From Isurus oxyrinchus (Eukaryota): a DNA stretch of 64,000 nt. Position numbers and translations under genes: made by a program. Positions 1 through 12,600 of this stretch are shown here, one piece after another. The DNA lies in contig JANJGN010000008.1 in NCBI GenBank assembly GCA_026770705.1, positions 155,434,001-155,498,000 of the forward strand. The letters run 5' to 3'. How positions within the stretch are numbered: position 1 is the first letter of the stretch; each line of letters starts with the position of its first letter. Under the pieces are notes generated by a model. That model saw nothing but the letters and a program-made list of their open reading frames with translations. It was not told where the DNA came from and made no database searches.

Positions 1-990
1 CATGTATTATTTACTGTGTGTGGAGAACAACCTCTGATTCCTGTCCTAAGTTTGTATTTTATTAATTTGAACTGGTGCCTCTTTTAGAATTTAGCTAGAG
101 TTTTTGGATTTGCCTTTGTCTTACTGATTTATAAGCCTCATGATATCTTCACCCCTCAGACCCTTCATGCAAAGGTCAAGTTTCTCCTGTCTTACCTCTG
201 ACATTGTTTACCCCTTTGGCTCTCCTCTGTGCTACCTCTAATCCATGAATGTGTCTAATATTTGTGACCTGAGCATTGTATAGAAGGTGTGGTCTGACCA
301 GTGCACTACACGGTCTACTACCACTGTTTATAATTCCCATTGCTAATCTGTGATTCAATTGGCCATTTTTTTTCTTCCCTGTAATCTGAGCAAGATTTCT
401 TTCTTGTTATAGCATTTTCTTTGGACCTTGGCCGTAACTTTTTCTTTTGCCTTTTCTATTCATATTTTGAACCTAATTGTATTGCGATTATATTTACCCA
501 AATGTTTACCTACCTTTAAGAACTCTACTGGCTCCACTTCATTATCTCGAACCAGTCATGCTTCCTCCCTGTTGAAGCAATATACTGACTAAAAGAAGCC
601 CTGAACCTACAGCAGAGACCTTCCCTTTCCACCAAGTGTTTTCATTATCTGTCTAATTTATTTGGAGAATTAAAATCTACATCGATGGTTCTAATTTTCC
701 CACAAATGTTGAATTCTCTTTTCTTTCCACGAGTGAGCATTCTATAATACATGCCCTGTATGTGACTGGAACCTTTACTTATTCCTTGGCTCAGTCCAAA
801 GCTGTTCTATTTTGGTGCGCTTCTCTGTTTAAATTCCAATGCTCTAGTACTATGAAACATTTTCTCCGGTACTGTGTTTTTTTTTCAACCCTTCACTACC
901 CATCCACAAAGTTTGATATCCTGGAATATGTAATTGCCAATTATGATTTGGGCAGCTGTTTCATTTCTGTTCCTCTATCATTATTGTGAG
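1..990 (-). mobile_element. Highly decayed CR1-type LINE fragment
   Basis: Antisense similarity to the CR1 ORF2 3' region (gacctgagcattgtatag...ctgaccagtg; cctttaagaactctactggctcc). No intact ORF. Confidence 0.5.
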
Positions 991-1342
991 CAACATGGCT
1001 TGCTTACTGCTTCCTTTGGAATACCTTGTTTGAATCTGCTCTGACAAAGGTCAAGAACACTGTAGAGGAACCAAACAAAAAGTACAGTACTTTAGCTGAG
1101 CTAATTTGTGACTTTCCAGCACTGAAAATGCAAGTGAGAGCTCTCATGTAACTCTTCATGGCTTTGTAATTCTGTCTTTATTTAACGTTGGCTGCAAAAA
1201 TGAATTTTTATTTTTTCAATCATGGCACAGTCTTGAAAGCTACAATTAATGTATATGTGATGATTTGTTTTCGCACGCACAGTGCTCATACAAATGATTG
1301 ATCACCTCCAATAACCTCTCTGCCTTTCCTCCCCACCCCCAG

Positions 1343-1441
1343 CAAGCAAAAGAGATGGTCTTGGAAATAATCAGAGATAAAGATCAAGGTGACTTCAGGC
1401 GGAATGAATATGGTTCCAGAATGGGAGGAAATAGTGTAGAT
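1343..1441 (+). CDS. FUBP3: FUBP3 coding exon (end of KH2 and linker), first exon visible in the window
   Basis: ccccacccccAG acceptor and GAT|gtaagt donor. 99 nt encoding [33 protein letters not shown], matching the FUBP-family KH2-KH3 linker. Not in the ORF track. Confidence 0.93.
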
Positions 1442-1964
1442 GTAAGTACTGGATAACTGCTGCTTGTGTTGAAGTGATAGTAGGCTTCTAACGTTTTCGA
1501 ATGTTGTTTGGGCAGACTTCTCATTCCGTTGCAGCTGCATTGCGTCTTACTGCATGGAGCACCCTGTGCTTATATTGCATCATTAGTTATGAAACTGTTG
1601 TTTTTACCTGTTGGCATGAGTTGGATCTTTCATGCCAGTAAATTCACTCAAGTTCAAACAGCCAGATTATGCTCGCTGCCCATACTCTAGGCATCATGGT
1701 TGCAGTGTCTATGTTTGCAGGAGAGACAATGATTCACCTGACAGATGTCTGTTATGTATAACCATGTTACAACTATTGAAATACATTTGGGGTGCACACT
1801 TTGGATTATCCCCATCAATATAGATTTAAATGCATTTGAAAATAGCTGCAGTTCTCTCATACATCAATTAATCCAGATTCTGTTAACGAGAGTTTAACTG
1901 TTAGCGATATTTTTGTTTGAGAATTTTGCACAATATTTTGAATATTTATCAGCCCAGCCTTGTT

Positions 1965-2330
1965 AATTCCCCAGTGGCTCCTGGGAGAGTATTCAGTGCG
2001 CATCTAAACTATTCAAAACAGGAAGATCCAGCATGCAATTCCTAGTCTGTGTTGAGCTAATCTTTTGCCAGGAGAAGCATTATATGCATCTTGGGCTAAT
2101 GAGTGGCAAATTGGCAGGATTTCTGCTTCTGATCTCTATACAGTGCCCAAAGCTTGAAGTGGATGTCAGGTAAGGACAGAATTGGGCTTGTTTGATATGC
2201 CTCAAGTTTGAATGATGGCAGTACTCATTACTGTCATGAATAATCATGTCGGAAAGTTCATGGAGCTGTGACCCAGAAGGAGTCCATTCCTTCAGAATGG
2301 AAGTGGAGAATAGATACAATCTATGATGAG
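1965..2330 (+). mobile_element. LF-SINE-like element
   Basis: caggaagatcc...cctagtctgtgttgagcta...ctgcttctgatctctatacagtgccc...gtggatgtcaggtaaggacagaattgggcttg follows the LF-SINE consensus order as I recall it. Confidence 0.7.
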
Positions 2331-2579
2331 ATAGATAAAATTCTAATGCAGGAGTCCTGTAGATTTGGCATATTTGGTTGTCACAATTAGTTGTTTGTGA
2401 AGTTCTACAAAGAAGCAAGTCGATTAGTTGATCTGTCAAGGAGCAACTGGTTTTGTTGGGTTAAACAGTCATTCCACTAATCGGAGTAAGTAGGTTGAGT
2501 TGATGTGCTAAACATTTGTAAAGACCAATTTACAAGAATGTGTGTGGAATTAAAACTTTCTCTTTTCCCCCACCTCCAG

Positions 2580-2682
2580 GTTGCTGTACCTAGGTTTGCT
2601 GTTGGTATTGTAATAGGAAGAAATGGTGAAATGATAAAAAAGATTCAAAATGATGCTGGTGTTAGGATTCAGTTTAAGCCAG
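2580..2682 (+). CDS. FUBP3: FUBP3 exon, KH3 N-half
   Basis: cacctccAG acceptor and G|gtaagg donor. [34 protein letters not shown] with the GxxG loop; 103 nt. Confidence 0.97.
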
Positions 2683-4009
2683 GTAAGGAGCCATCATTTG
2701 GCGTGTGAGCAGAATACTTTGCAAAAGAGGTCCATTCAATTTGGATTTTAGTACAACTCTTGTTGGTTGTTAAAACCTGCATTTTTGAGTGGTCACCTAT
2801 TAAAGAAAAAGACACTTCCCCTAATTTTCTTTTGCTGCCCAACTCATTGCAACCCTAATCATTCATGTACCTGTTTTTAAAACGTGTACAATTTGAAACC
2901 AAATACTCACAGGTAAATGTAATTCAATCGAAAAATGCAGAAACAAAATGCTGACTCAAATGATATTTAGCTGCTCGTTCTACCATAACTGATCACCAAT
3001 ATTTCATCCTACTGGTATTAGTTGAAAATGTTCTTCATATAAATCCCGAATGCTTTACTGCTGAATGTTCTTTTCCATTCAAACAGATATTATACCTTAC
3101 TGAAAATAGCAGTTGTGCAATAGTCTGAAAAATTACCACTTAGCCTAATTTTGAATCACTGAAATCCTTTTGACTGACATTGAATAGCTCTTTCAAAGTG
3201 CAGACACAGGCGTGATTGGCCGAATTGTCTCTGTGCCATGTCTGTCTTAATCAAAGGATTTCCAGATGTAGATTGCATAACTGCATTGAGCTAATTGAAC
3301 CTGGTCAGGCAAAGCAGCTCAGCAAAGTCCATTTCAGAGTTCACTGGAAACATGAGTTGGGTTTAAGCCAAATTGTCATGCTGTTATGCCTGGAGGACTA
3401 AGGTGCGGGATTAAAAAGATGACCTTAAAATACAGTTTGTAAGGATCTTCCAAAATAATCCTTCCTGATTTAAGCAGCAGCAAAACAAAACTTCCAATTG
3501 CCTTTTAATTACAAGTGAATAGACATTTCCTGTTTTAGCACTGTTTTTCAAGCCTGTGATGTATCCCTCAACCCATGCGGTTGGTGGACATCTAACATAG
3601 CAAACATTTAAATCACTGTATAGGACATCAGTTATGTTTCAGAAGACTGATAATTGGTCAGTTAGTGTTGAAGGAGCTTCATTAGTTGTATTGCAGTGCT
3701 TTTCAGTTTGATCATTTTAGAAGGTTGTTTTAAGATTGGTTGTCTGGTTCATTTAATGAGACCATTTATTAATGTAACTGCTGCCAGCTCTTCATTCCAG
3801 TTAACTGAATTTATGTATTTACTGGGGTAAAGATATTAAAATACTTTATTAAAAGGGTCCCAGTAATGAGATTTTTTCCTGGCCATGTTACATCTTTAGC
3901 AAGTTTGCTTGCGATATTCCGGTTGTCCACTGCTGCAAAAATAGCAGGCTGTTTCATTCATTAGATTGCAAACAAGTCTATCCTTTACAGTTTTTGGGGG
4001 GTCACTTTT

Positions 4010-4335
4010 CCATTTTTTCCAGTCTTGTCTTCCAAAGGCTCTTAGGGCACTGGGGATTTCAGTTTGTGATTCAGATGGCCATTCTTTATGAACTAACTGT
4101 TGACAAACTGTTCAATTCTGGCAGGTGGCACTGCTAAATGTGATCCTGTATTCCCCATAAGTTACTAGATGAGCAGCAAGGCTTCCTGAATTTGTTTTCT
4201 TCCTTTGACACCCCGGCCCTGATGTCTAAGGTTACCGAGGCCAGTCGTAGTACTGCACCCACTGGCCCAGGAGAGACAGGCTAATTCACTACAGATATAT
4301 TTCTGTGTGAAGAGTGCTGCACAGCATGGTGCTTT
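4010..4335 (-). mobile_element. LF-SINE-like element, antisense
   Basis: atggccattcttt...tgatcctgt...gaggccagtcgtagtactg...ggctaattcactacaga. Confidence 0.6.
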
Positions 4336-4654
4336 TATTCATAGTACCAGTGAAGGAATCTTGAGACCGTTGAGAGACATAAGCTTGTTTGGAGGTAGCA
4401 ATGATGCGTTTAACCCTTCCTTTACTGTAGGATATGGTGATCATCAATTAAAATAAAATATTTTAATCGTTGGTTCTGAAAGAGTTTAAGCTGTCAGACT
4501 GTAAAACATATCATGGCTGTCTGCCCATCATTAATGAGCTTCTGTTCAGCATTTCTGTCCACTCAGCCCCCGCCCCCCCCCCCAGACCGTTAAAAGACTT
4601 TGAGCTGTCAAAAGGAAGTGTGTGTGTGTCTCACCAACCTTGTTTTTCTTCTAG

Positions 4655-4755
4655 ATGATGGTATAATGCCAGACAGAATTGCTCAGGTGATGGGACCTCC
4701 AGATAGGTGTCAACATGCTTCTCATATGATTAATGAACTTATTCACACTGCGCAG
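4655..4755 (+). CDS. FUBP3: FUBP3 exon, KH3 C-half
   Basis: ttcttctAG acceptor and CAG|gtgagg donor. (D)DGIMPDRIAQVMGPPDRCQHASHMINELIHTAQ; QVMGPPDRCQHA is FUBP3-type; 101 nt. Confidence 0.96.
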
Positions 4756-5559
4756 GTGAGGAACTAAAGGCTTAAATGCTTTAATTAAGCAAAGAAAAAT
4801 GCATAGGTGTGCAGTTTCCACTTACTCCCACTACATGTCAGCATAATCCGAGTGGAATTGGACAAACCAATATTCAAGACCTGGGAATTTTTAAAAACGA
4901 GTTCTGCACAGGATCATTGACATTCATGTTTTTTACAATATGCACGGGTTCAAGGCTCAATTCACATGAGTCAGGCCCCATCCACAAAACTCATCACTGC
5001 CCTCGGGAAGAAATTACAAGATTGCGCTGGTTGGAGAAGGCTTTTCAGATTGAGCTCATTTTTTTAGGTGCACAAGCACTAGAAGGCACATTTTCATCTC
5101 AAAAAATATGATTTACTAAGAAATTGACCAATGTGCACCGATTAAATTATTAAATGGCTCAGTGGATTTTTTTATTAACAAGTAGTTTTCTGTGATTTTA
5201 AGTCGGGATATGTACAGCTGGAGGACTGGGTGAGAAGACCATTTTAGCTGTGTTAAGATGACACCAGGTTACCACACTCCTGTACATCAAATAATACTTT
5301 TTAATAGAAAAGAAATACATCCATCTTATTAAGCTACTTAATTGCCCTGGTTTCTGTTTGTGACTATGCAAATTAATTTAACAGCATGAAGCATGACCTA
5401 ACAAGCACAATTTTCAAACCTATATTTTGCCTGCACTTTGACAATTATACCCAAAGTGGAAACTCTACCTATTATATTTATAGTTTAGCAAATCTATTGA
5501 TTGCTATATTCTTGTTCATTAGTCACTTTGTTTCATTTTGCCTCAATCGTTTTTTTCTC

Positions 5560-5700
5560 CATTCCTTCCTCACCTAGATTTCTTCCCTTCTGAAGGTACT
5601 GGCGCATATTGATATAGGATTCCATGGGTACCTCACCTAAGGGGCTATCTATCCTTTGTATTTAAGCCTGGACACAGTGTTGGCAACTGTTCAGTAGACT
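5560..5700 (-). mobile_element. LF-SINE-like 3' fragment, antisense
   Basis: ttctgaaggtactg...ttccatgggtacctcacctaag...aagcctggacacagtgttggca. Confidence 0.5.
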
Positions 5701-6470
5701 TCACTTAATATTTCATCTACTATTTTTGCTAATTTAATATCTACCTGGTTTAATGAAAACTTTATAGTAAACATAAGAGGCTTAGTGTGTTATTGATCTT
5801 TTAGTTAGATTTAAGAGAAATCCCTGTGCTCAACCAATTCTTTGAAAATTGGCTTGCATTTAATTATCAAATTAAAGTGTTATATACAATTAAGCTTAGA
5901 ATATATAACTCTAAAACAGGCCCTGAATTATGTCGGAAGGGATTATTCCTTCCTGTTACTCTGATTCACCCTGATACTTGGTCTAGACTTCGTCTGCCAC
6001 ATGAGAGCTGAAAATAACCTGACTGTGGGTGAGGAAAAACTATATCCCCTCTCATTTATCTTTGCCCATTTCAGTTTGAATTACCATATTAAACTATTGT
6101 ATAATTTTTGATGGAGAAATAGGACCTACTAAAATATTAGGACTAAGCTACTGGACCTCTGAGGTAAATTGAAATAAAATGCTGCAATACTAGTTTCATT
6201 CCATTAGATGGAGTGTATTTACACAGCTCAATGATTGCTTCTATTGGAAGTAAAACAGTGCTGAAACTGGGTGAACTCTTGCAGGGGTTCCATATCTGTC
6301 AACTCCTGGATCATAAAACTAATCATCCACCCCAAGATTAAAAAGATTCAATTTATCTGTCACTGCTCGATGCACTTTGACACCAAGTAATCAAAACCTC
6401 GGTATAAATAGTAACAAAACTATATTTGTATTTCTGCTCTGCATTGTTTAATGCATATTCATTCTTTCAG

Positions 6471-6615
6471 GAAAGAGATGGTCAATCTGGCTTTGGCGGT
6501 CCAGGAAGAGGACGGGGTAGGGGTCGTAGTGACTGGAATATGGGACCTCCAGGTGGCATGCAGGAGATAACATATACAATACCCGCTGATAAATGTGGCT
6601 TAGTTATTGGAAGAG
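6471..6615 (+). CDS. FUBP3: FUBP3 exon, RG-rich linker and KH4 start
   Basis: ctttcAG acceptor and G|gtatga donor. [48 protein letters not shown]; 145 nt. Confidence 0.96.
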
Positions 6616-6824
6616 GTATGATAATGATCTGATGGTGCATAATTGTGGTGAACTTTGTTAATTGCAAACTTCACATTACTGTAGTATAACAATAGAAGAT
6701 TACAAAACCTGAAAGAAAACCTGAAATGGCATAGCAGAAGCTTTTAGTGGGGGGGGGGCACATTTTTTGGTAGGGGAGAAATGGGACTTGGCACTAGCAT
6801 CTTCATTAATTCAACTTTTTCATA

Positions 6825-6970
6825 TTTGCTCATAGGACGAGTGTCACTGGCAAGGCCAACATTTATTGCCCATTCCTAATTGACCTTGAGAAGGTGATGG
6901 TGAGCCATTGCCTTGAACTGCAGCAGTTCATGTGGTGCACAGTGCCATTAGAGAGGGAGTTCCAGGATTT
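6825..6970 (-). mobile_element. 3' tail of the same CR1-clade family (antisense)
   Basis: Reverse complement of the 35380-35530 tail (catttattgcccattcctaattgaccttgagaaggtgatggtgagc...gggagttccaggatttt). Confidence 0.8.
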
Positions 6971-9139
6971 TGGTTGGAAAGGTTAGCGGTGTTGCTTCTT
7001 GGATTGTTCCTTGTACCATGTTTGTCTCACACTGGAAGGGATAAAAAAGTCTTGCCAAGTTGGAAGTTCATCATTACAAGTGAGAAGAATTCAGTTGCTT
7101 AATAGATTGTTGTATTTGTGGATAACATGATTATGCCCAGCTATTTGAGCCAATTTCTTTCACACCCTGGGAGGAAAGTAATCAAAATTTAGAAGACTTA
7201 TATGCCATGATTCCTGCATTGAGCAGAAACCTGTTTCTGTCCTCAAAACCTGAGGACTGCAGCGGCCTTTCCATTCCAACTTGTGTAGCAATGGAGGATA
7301 AAACTGTTCCACTACAAACTGAGTATTTAGAGTCAACACTTCTCACAGCGTGTTTTTTCAGTCACCTTGAAGAGATAGATCAGAGCTCTCCCAGGCCAAC
7401 TCTAATTTTGCCCAACTGCTGGCTGTACCATGTGGGGATTTTTGTTCTTGAATTCTAGTTCCCACTTGGTGCCTGCACAGAGTAGGTTGACAGGCTAGGA
7501 TCTGTTGGTGTTTGGGGCTAGACCATTGCCATGTGACCCTTTAATTCCATGTTTTGAACTATTTATGCTTTAATAGTGAGAAATAGTTGTTATACCAGAA
7601 AGGCAAATATATGGAGGGTGCAGAGTGACTGGTGTCATTGAATTGCATTTAAACAAGGGTAAGAGTCAGCATTTTTAGATTGTTGTCCACAATTGTGTGG
7701 TTTTCCCCTATCATGAATTATTGACATAATGGCATATGAGCCATCTGTTGTATCTGAAAACTTGCTAGGAGAGGCAGAACCATGGAATGGGGAATTGCAT
7801 TTCTATCATTGACTGTTCCCGCTCTCCTTCCTGGTGTGCAAAAATCAACCAATCACTTGCAATTTTTCAGAGAATGATGGCGAATCATTGCAATTTGTGC
7901 CTCAATCTTTTGCAATTTCCCCGTGGTCTGGCCATTATGAGCACTTAAGTGATTTCAGTATCTAATCTGAGGGTGTTGATGCTACCGAAATCCATTCTGG
8001 TTGCACTATGGGACAATTAGCTGATTTCCATAATACTGGAACACCACCAAAATTGCTTGTGCGCAATTTTAAACTTTTATTTCCTGGTCACAGGATCTGC
8101 CCTGTTGGTTAGAAAGATAGGTTCAGGTTAGTAAAAGGCTGAGAGAAGCAGCCTGCAGGAGGCCAGGGCAAATGAGTTGTCCTGCCAGTGGCAGCATTTG
8201 CTGCTGGGCACCCAGATTAAGTAAAGTTCACCTCTGAGCAGCTTTTGTATTTCTTGATGTTTCTCCCTCCATTGTCTTGTGGTTCTGTTACTGAAGCTGG
8301 AGCTATGATCAGGAGTGCATGTTGAATTCAACGTTATACTGAAAGTGAGTGGTGTGATGCTTGTGCTCCCTGTGCAACAGCTACTGTCAGTTTGCTTTAC
8401 TTCATGTTTATTGTCTGTGACGGTAAAGCATAAATTGCCAAAAGTCTAGAAGTGAGATTCCATTTCAAACCAGTTTTGCCTTCACTCTTGTGGTCTGATC
8501 TCCACCAAAAGTGTTACTAAAGAAACTCACTTTCTCCTATGCATTCTGCCTCTTGTACTTCAGTGTGTTGGGTGGATATTCAGTATCATCTCTTCTTTTA
8601 ATAAGGTGCCATTTTAAACTTGTGGAATTTTTGTAGTATGTCCACTTTACAACTTTAAAAAAAAGTCTAGTCATGCAGTTGCTAGTTTTGCCCTTTCATA
8701 TTTTGGCATTGAAATAACTGTTCATTAGATTATATAATGAGCAATAACTAGACAACACAAGTACAGCATTCATATATTTAGAGATTAGAAACTCCTCCCA
8801 CCACTCCCTCCCAAAATGCAAAATGATACGTGGGGCAGACAGCCAATGTAGGTAGCTGATTGAGTGACCCAACACCTTAAAAGAAATGTTGGATCAATAA
8901 TTGTTGAAAAGTGGGGTTAATGATTATAAAGAATGTAACTTTTTCCTCTTGGAAGCTTGATGTTCCTTAAAGTAAGTTTCAACAGTGGCCCTGGTTGCCA
9001 GGGATCAGTCCATGATAGAATAATTACATAGGCCCTGAAGAAGTGTGTTGGATGGCCTGCATAGCATCTTCTCATCCTGGACTTGATAGTTTAATGTTTG
9101 TGTTTAATGTCTTTGTAACTTCTAGACTTGACTATTCCC

Positions 9140-9680
9140 AGTGTATGTCTGGCTGGGGTCTCACATTCTATCCTCCATAAACTTGCCATCCAAAACTCTG
9201 TTGTTCGTGTATTAGCTCGCACCAAGTCTTGTTCACCTATCTCTCCTGTGCTTGGTGACCTAAATTCGCTCCCAGTCAAGCAATGCCTTGATTTTAAAAT
9301 TCCCATCCTTGTTTTCAAATCCCTGCATGGCCTCACCCCTGCCTATCTCAAATCTCCTCCAGCTCCATAGCCCTCCAAGTTATCTGTGCTCCTCTACTTC
9401 TAGCCCCTTGAGCAACCCCCAATTGTAATCACTCTACCATTGATGGCCGTGCCTTAGTTACTTAGACCCCAAGCCCTGGAATTCCCTCCCTGCACCTCTT
9501 CCCCTTTCTACCTCGCTTTCCTCCTTTAAGACACTTCTTAAAACCTACCTCTTTGACCAAACTTTTGACCATCTGACCTATGACCTCCTTATGTTTCTGT
9601 GTCATTTTGTTTTATAATACTCTTTTGAAGTGCTTTGGGACATTTTATGTTAAAGGCACTATATCAATATAAGTTGTTTG
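9140..9680 (+). mobile_element. L2-clade LINE 3' end
   Basis: ORF2 C-terminal relic IQNSVVRVL...SPVLGDLNSLPVKQCLDFKIPILVFKSLHGLTPAYL (L2 LHWLP..FK..HGLAP.YL) and tail aaaggcactatatcaatataagttg. Confidence 0.85.
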
Positions 9681-12600
9681 GGGATATAATTTTGTACTGT
9701 ATAATGTGAAGCTAAAGGATTTGATGGTGTGGTGGGAGCAGTTTGAGGTGATGTCTTAAGAGTGCCAGATACCAATAAAGCATACTGGTTAACTATGATT
9801 TTCCTTTTTAGCTTATTATTACCAGTAGACTAGATGATGCCAATACTAGATTATATGCTTTATTAAATGGATTATTAAATGAAGACCTCCTTGAAGGGTG
9901 TGGACAAGTCCGTAACATTTGATATTGAATAGATGGCTCACAAACTTAAGTAAAGTGAAGTGTCTGGCTAAAACTGACATCCCCCCCCCCCCCCCCCCGC
10001 CCAAATTCAAAAATTACACCATGTTTGAAAGTACCGACTTGCATTTTTTCTGTTAACTACAATATAACCAGAGCTAACCTAATCAACCTTTCTCACTGCT
10101 TTAATATGTTATATGCATTACATATGTTAAAATGTTCAGCATTCATTATTGATGTCCAACATTTGTAACATGTGATTCAAACCTTAGCCTTTTAATTTAC
10201 AGCAAATGGATAAATGCAAATTAGCTAGAAAAGAGTACTTTTAGAAATGAAAGACATATTTTCTTTATCAAGTCAGATCTTTTTAGTCTGCTTTTAGAGA
10301 GTTAAACTGTGTTGGTCTCCTTTACATTTTCATGAAGAGAATAATGAAGTGGCTTAAATTTCTGGCACAACCCTTGACCTGTTTTAACTAAACTAATGAT
10401 AGCTGAATGGAGCTGTTTTTAAGATGAAACGTGACTGAGATCACCCAAAATTGATTCTCTTCTCCCCACCAACACCCCCCTCTCCACCCCCCCCCCCCCC
10501 ACCCCAACAAAACTCACATTAAAATAGACCAGTTCATTTGACTATATTGTGGTTGTGAGAACAGGGGCGGGTGAAGAAGCACACGCTTTGAAAACCCAGG
10601 GCCTCATTGTGCACGTCCACTGCTTAATGTGAGTTACAATATGCTGAAGCTAATGTGACATTAATTGTTGGTGGTTGAGGTTTCGGTTCATGATCTTGTG
10701 TGAATCTCCTCTCACCACCCGTCCCTCTTTGGAGGGAGTGTAATTGAAATCTGACTGCATAACCAGTGTTTCATGGGTCTTTTCAGGATCACTCTATCTC
10801 CCAGTCTCTAAAGTTGATGTCCGGCATTACCTTTTCAGTGGCTCTGACCAGCTGAAAGAAGTCTGAAAAGGCTGAGAGGCAATAGAAACGTCAAGTGCTT
10901 TCTGTGTTGGGTGAAGGCAGGAGCTAGAAGATAAATCGTTACTTCTCTTTACCATATTACCATAATAAAAAAAAATTGATGGATAATTCTCTAGTGCTGG
11001 GCAGTGTCACTGCTGTCTTTTTAGTGGATTGATTAATTGCTTTACAATTTTCATCAAGTACCATTGCAGTCGGTTTCACATTGCACCCCTGTCAGGCGGA
11101 AGAATAGACTGACTGTTGAACGTGTCTGTGACTGGCCACCAAGCGTCTTGTGAGTGACCTCCCCCAGTGGGTGCATTAACCACCAAGGGCATCCCTTTGG
11201 ACACACTGGAGGAGGGGGACAGAGTGAGAGAAGCAGTCAGAGCAAGCATACACAACTCAACAAGTAATTGATGTTAGGACATAAACATTAGATTTTAATC
11301 AGCGTGCGGATTTGAAAAGGCTTTGAGCTCAGATTGTTCGGTGAATAAAGCATTGAAGAGAAGGCGTAAATTGGCTACATCTAGGAAGGCCACGCTTTAA
11401 TTGATTTTGTTGGGGAAAAGCATCGTTTTTTTTTTAAGTTCCTTGGCTTTCCATATGTTTAACAGGTACCCTCCCTGCTGTCTGCAAACATTACAAAAGA
11501 ATGCAATTAAAAAGGCACTTTCCACAGTAACTGGGGGAGGGTAAGAATTGCGCTATGTGAGAAATCTTGGTGAATGAATTTCTTTAACACATGAATATCA
11601 ATTTAGTAATTGCTAGCAGGCTTTTTACAGTCATTAAATTTTATAGGATGCATTGTTTTAGTAAATACAAAAGTTACAGATTAACCACAGACATGTTTTT
11701 TGCAGTAAGGAGCAAACTGCAAATTAATCACAGCACATTAAGTCATTTTGGGAGTTTCTTAAAACTTGTAGTTGCACACTGGTCTCTATGATTTGAAGCA
11801 AGTACCTTCAGCTTGGTCTAGTCTGCTGGCAGTGTTCAACATATATTGCAGTGTCACATTTCTGAATTTTGTAGTGGCTTTGTCAAACCCACAGGTTGCA
11901 GCATTAATAAAGTTAGCACCATTGTTCATCGAAGTTTTTGCTTGGGCCCTTGCAATTGTTGGTATGAGTCAAATGTCCTGACCTGATTTTGTCACAGGAA
12001 TTGTTAACATGATAGTTCGCTCTGGACACACAAATTTACTGTTCTGAACACTCCTAGGTTTGTTATGATTGCTTGTGGTTAATGCTGTCTTTTTTAAATA
12101 TATTCTCAAAGATGTAATTGCATTTTATTCCCATTATATTTGCATGTTTGTTCGGCAAAGCATTTTTCACTAGGTTTTTGTGGCAGCATGTCGCCATTAA
12201 TTTCTGCTTATATGTTTAGCAAACAATTCACTATGTGGTCCGTGTGTCAAATGTTAAAACTTGTTTGCTTGTTTTTGCCATTAATTACAGATTTTTCCTC
12301 TACTTCCATCCACAACTACCCCCATCCTCCAAATTGACCATGAAAAATTAAATCCTAGAGAGCAGAGAGATGTGTACAATTAACGAATTAGCAGCTGGCC
12401 TTTTTTTAATTGGATTGGTGTCTTCTGATGTAGGATATTTTGTGTAGCTAGAAAGAAGATTCCTACAGATCCAAATTTTGTATTTTGATCAGTTTAAAGA
12501 ACTTCAAAGACATTTGTATGACTATTAAATGAAAAGAAAAGGTATTTATGTCAGTTTAACGGCTGTGTTTATTCATTAGGTTAAATTACAGCAATAATCT

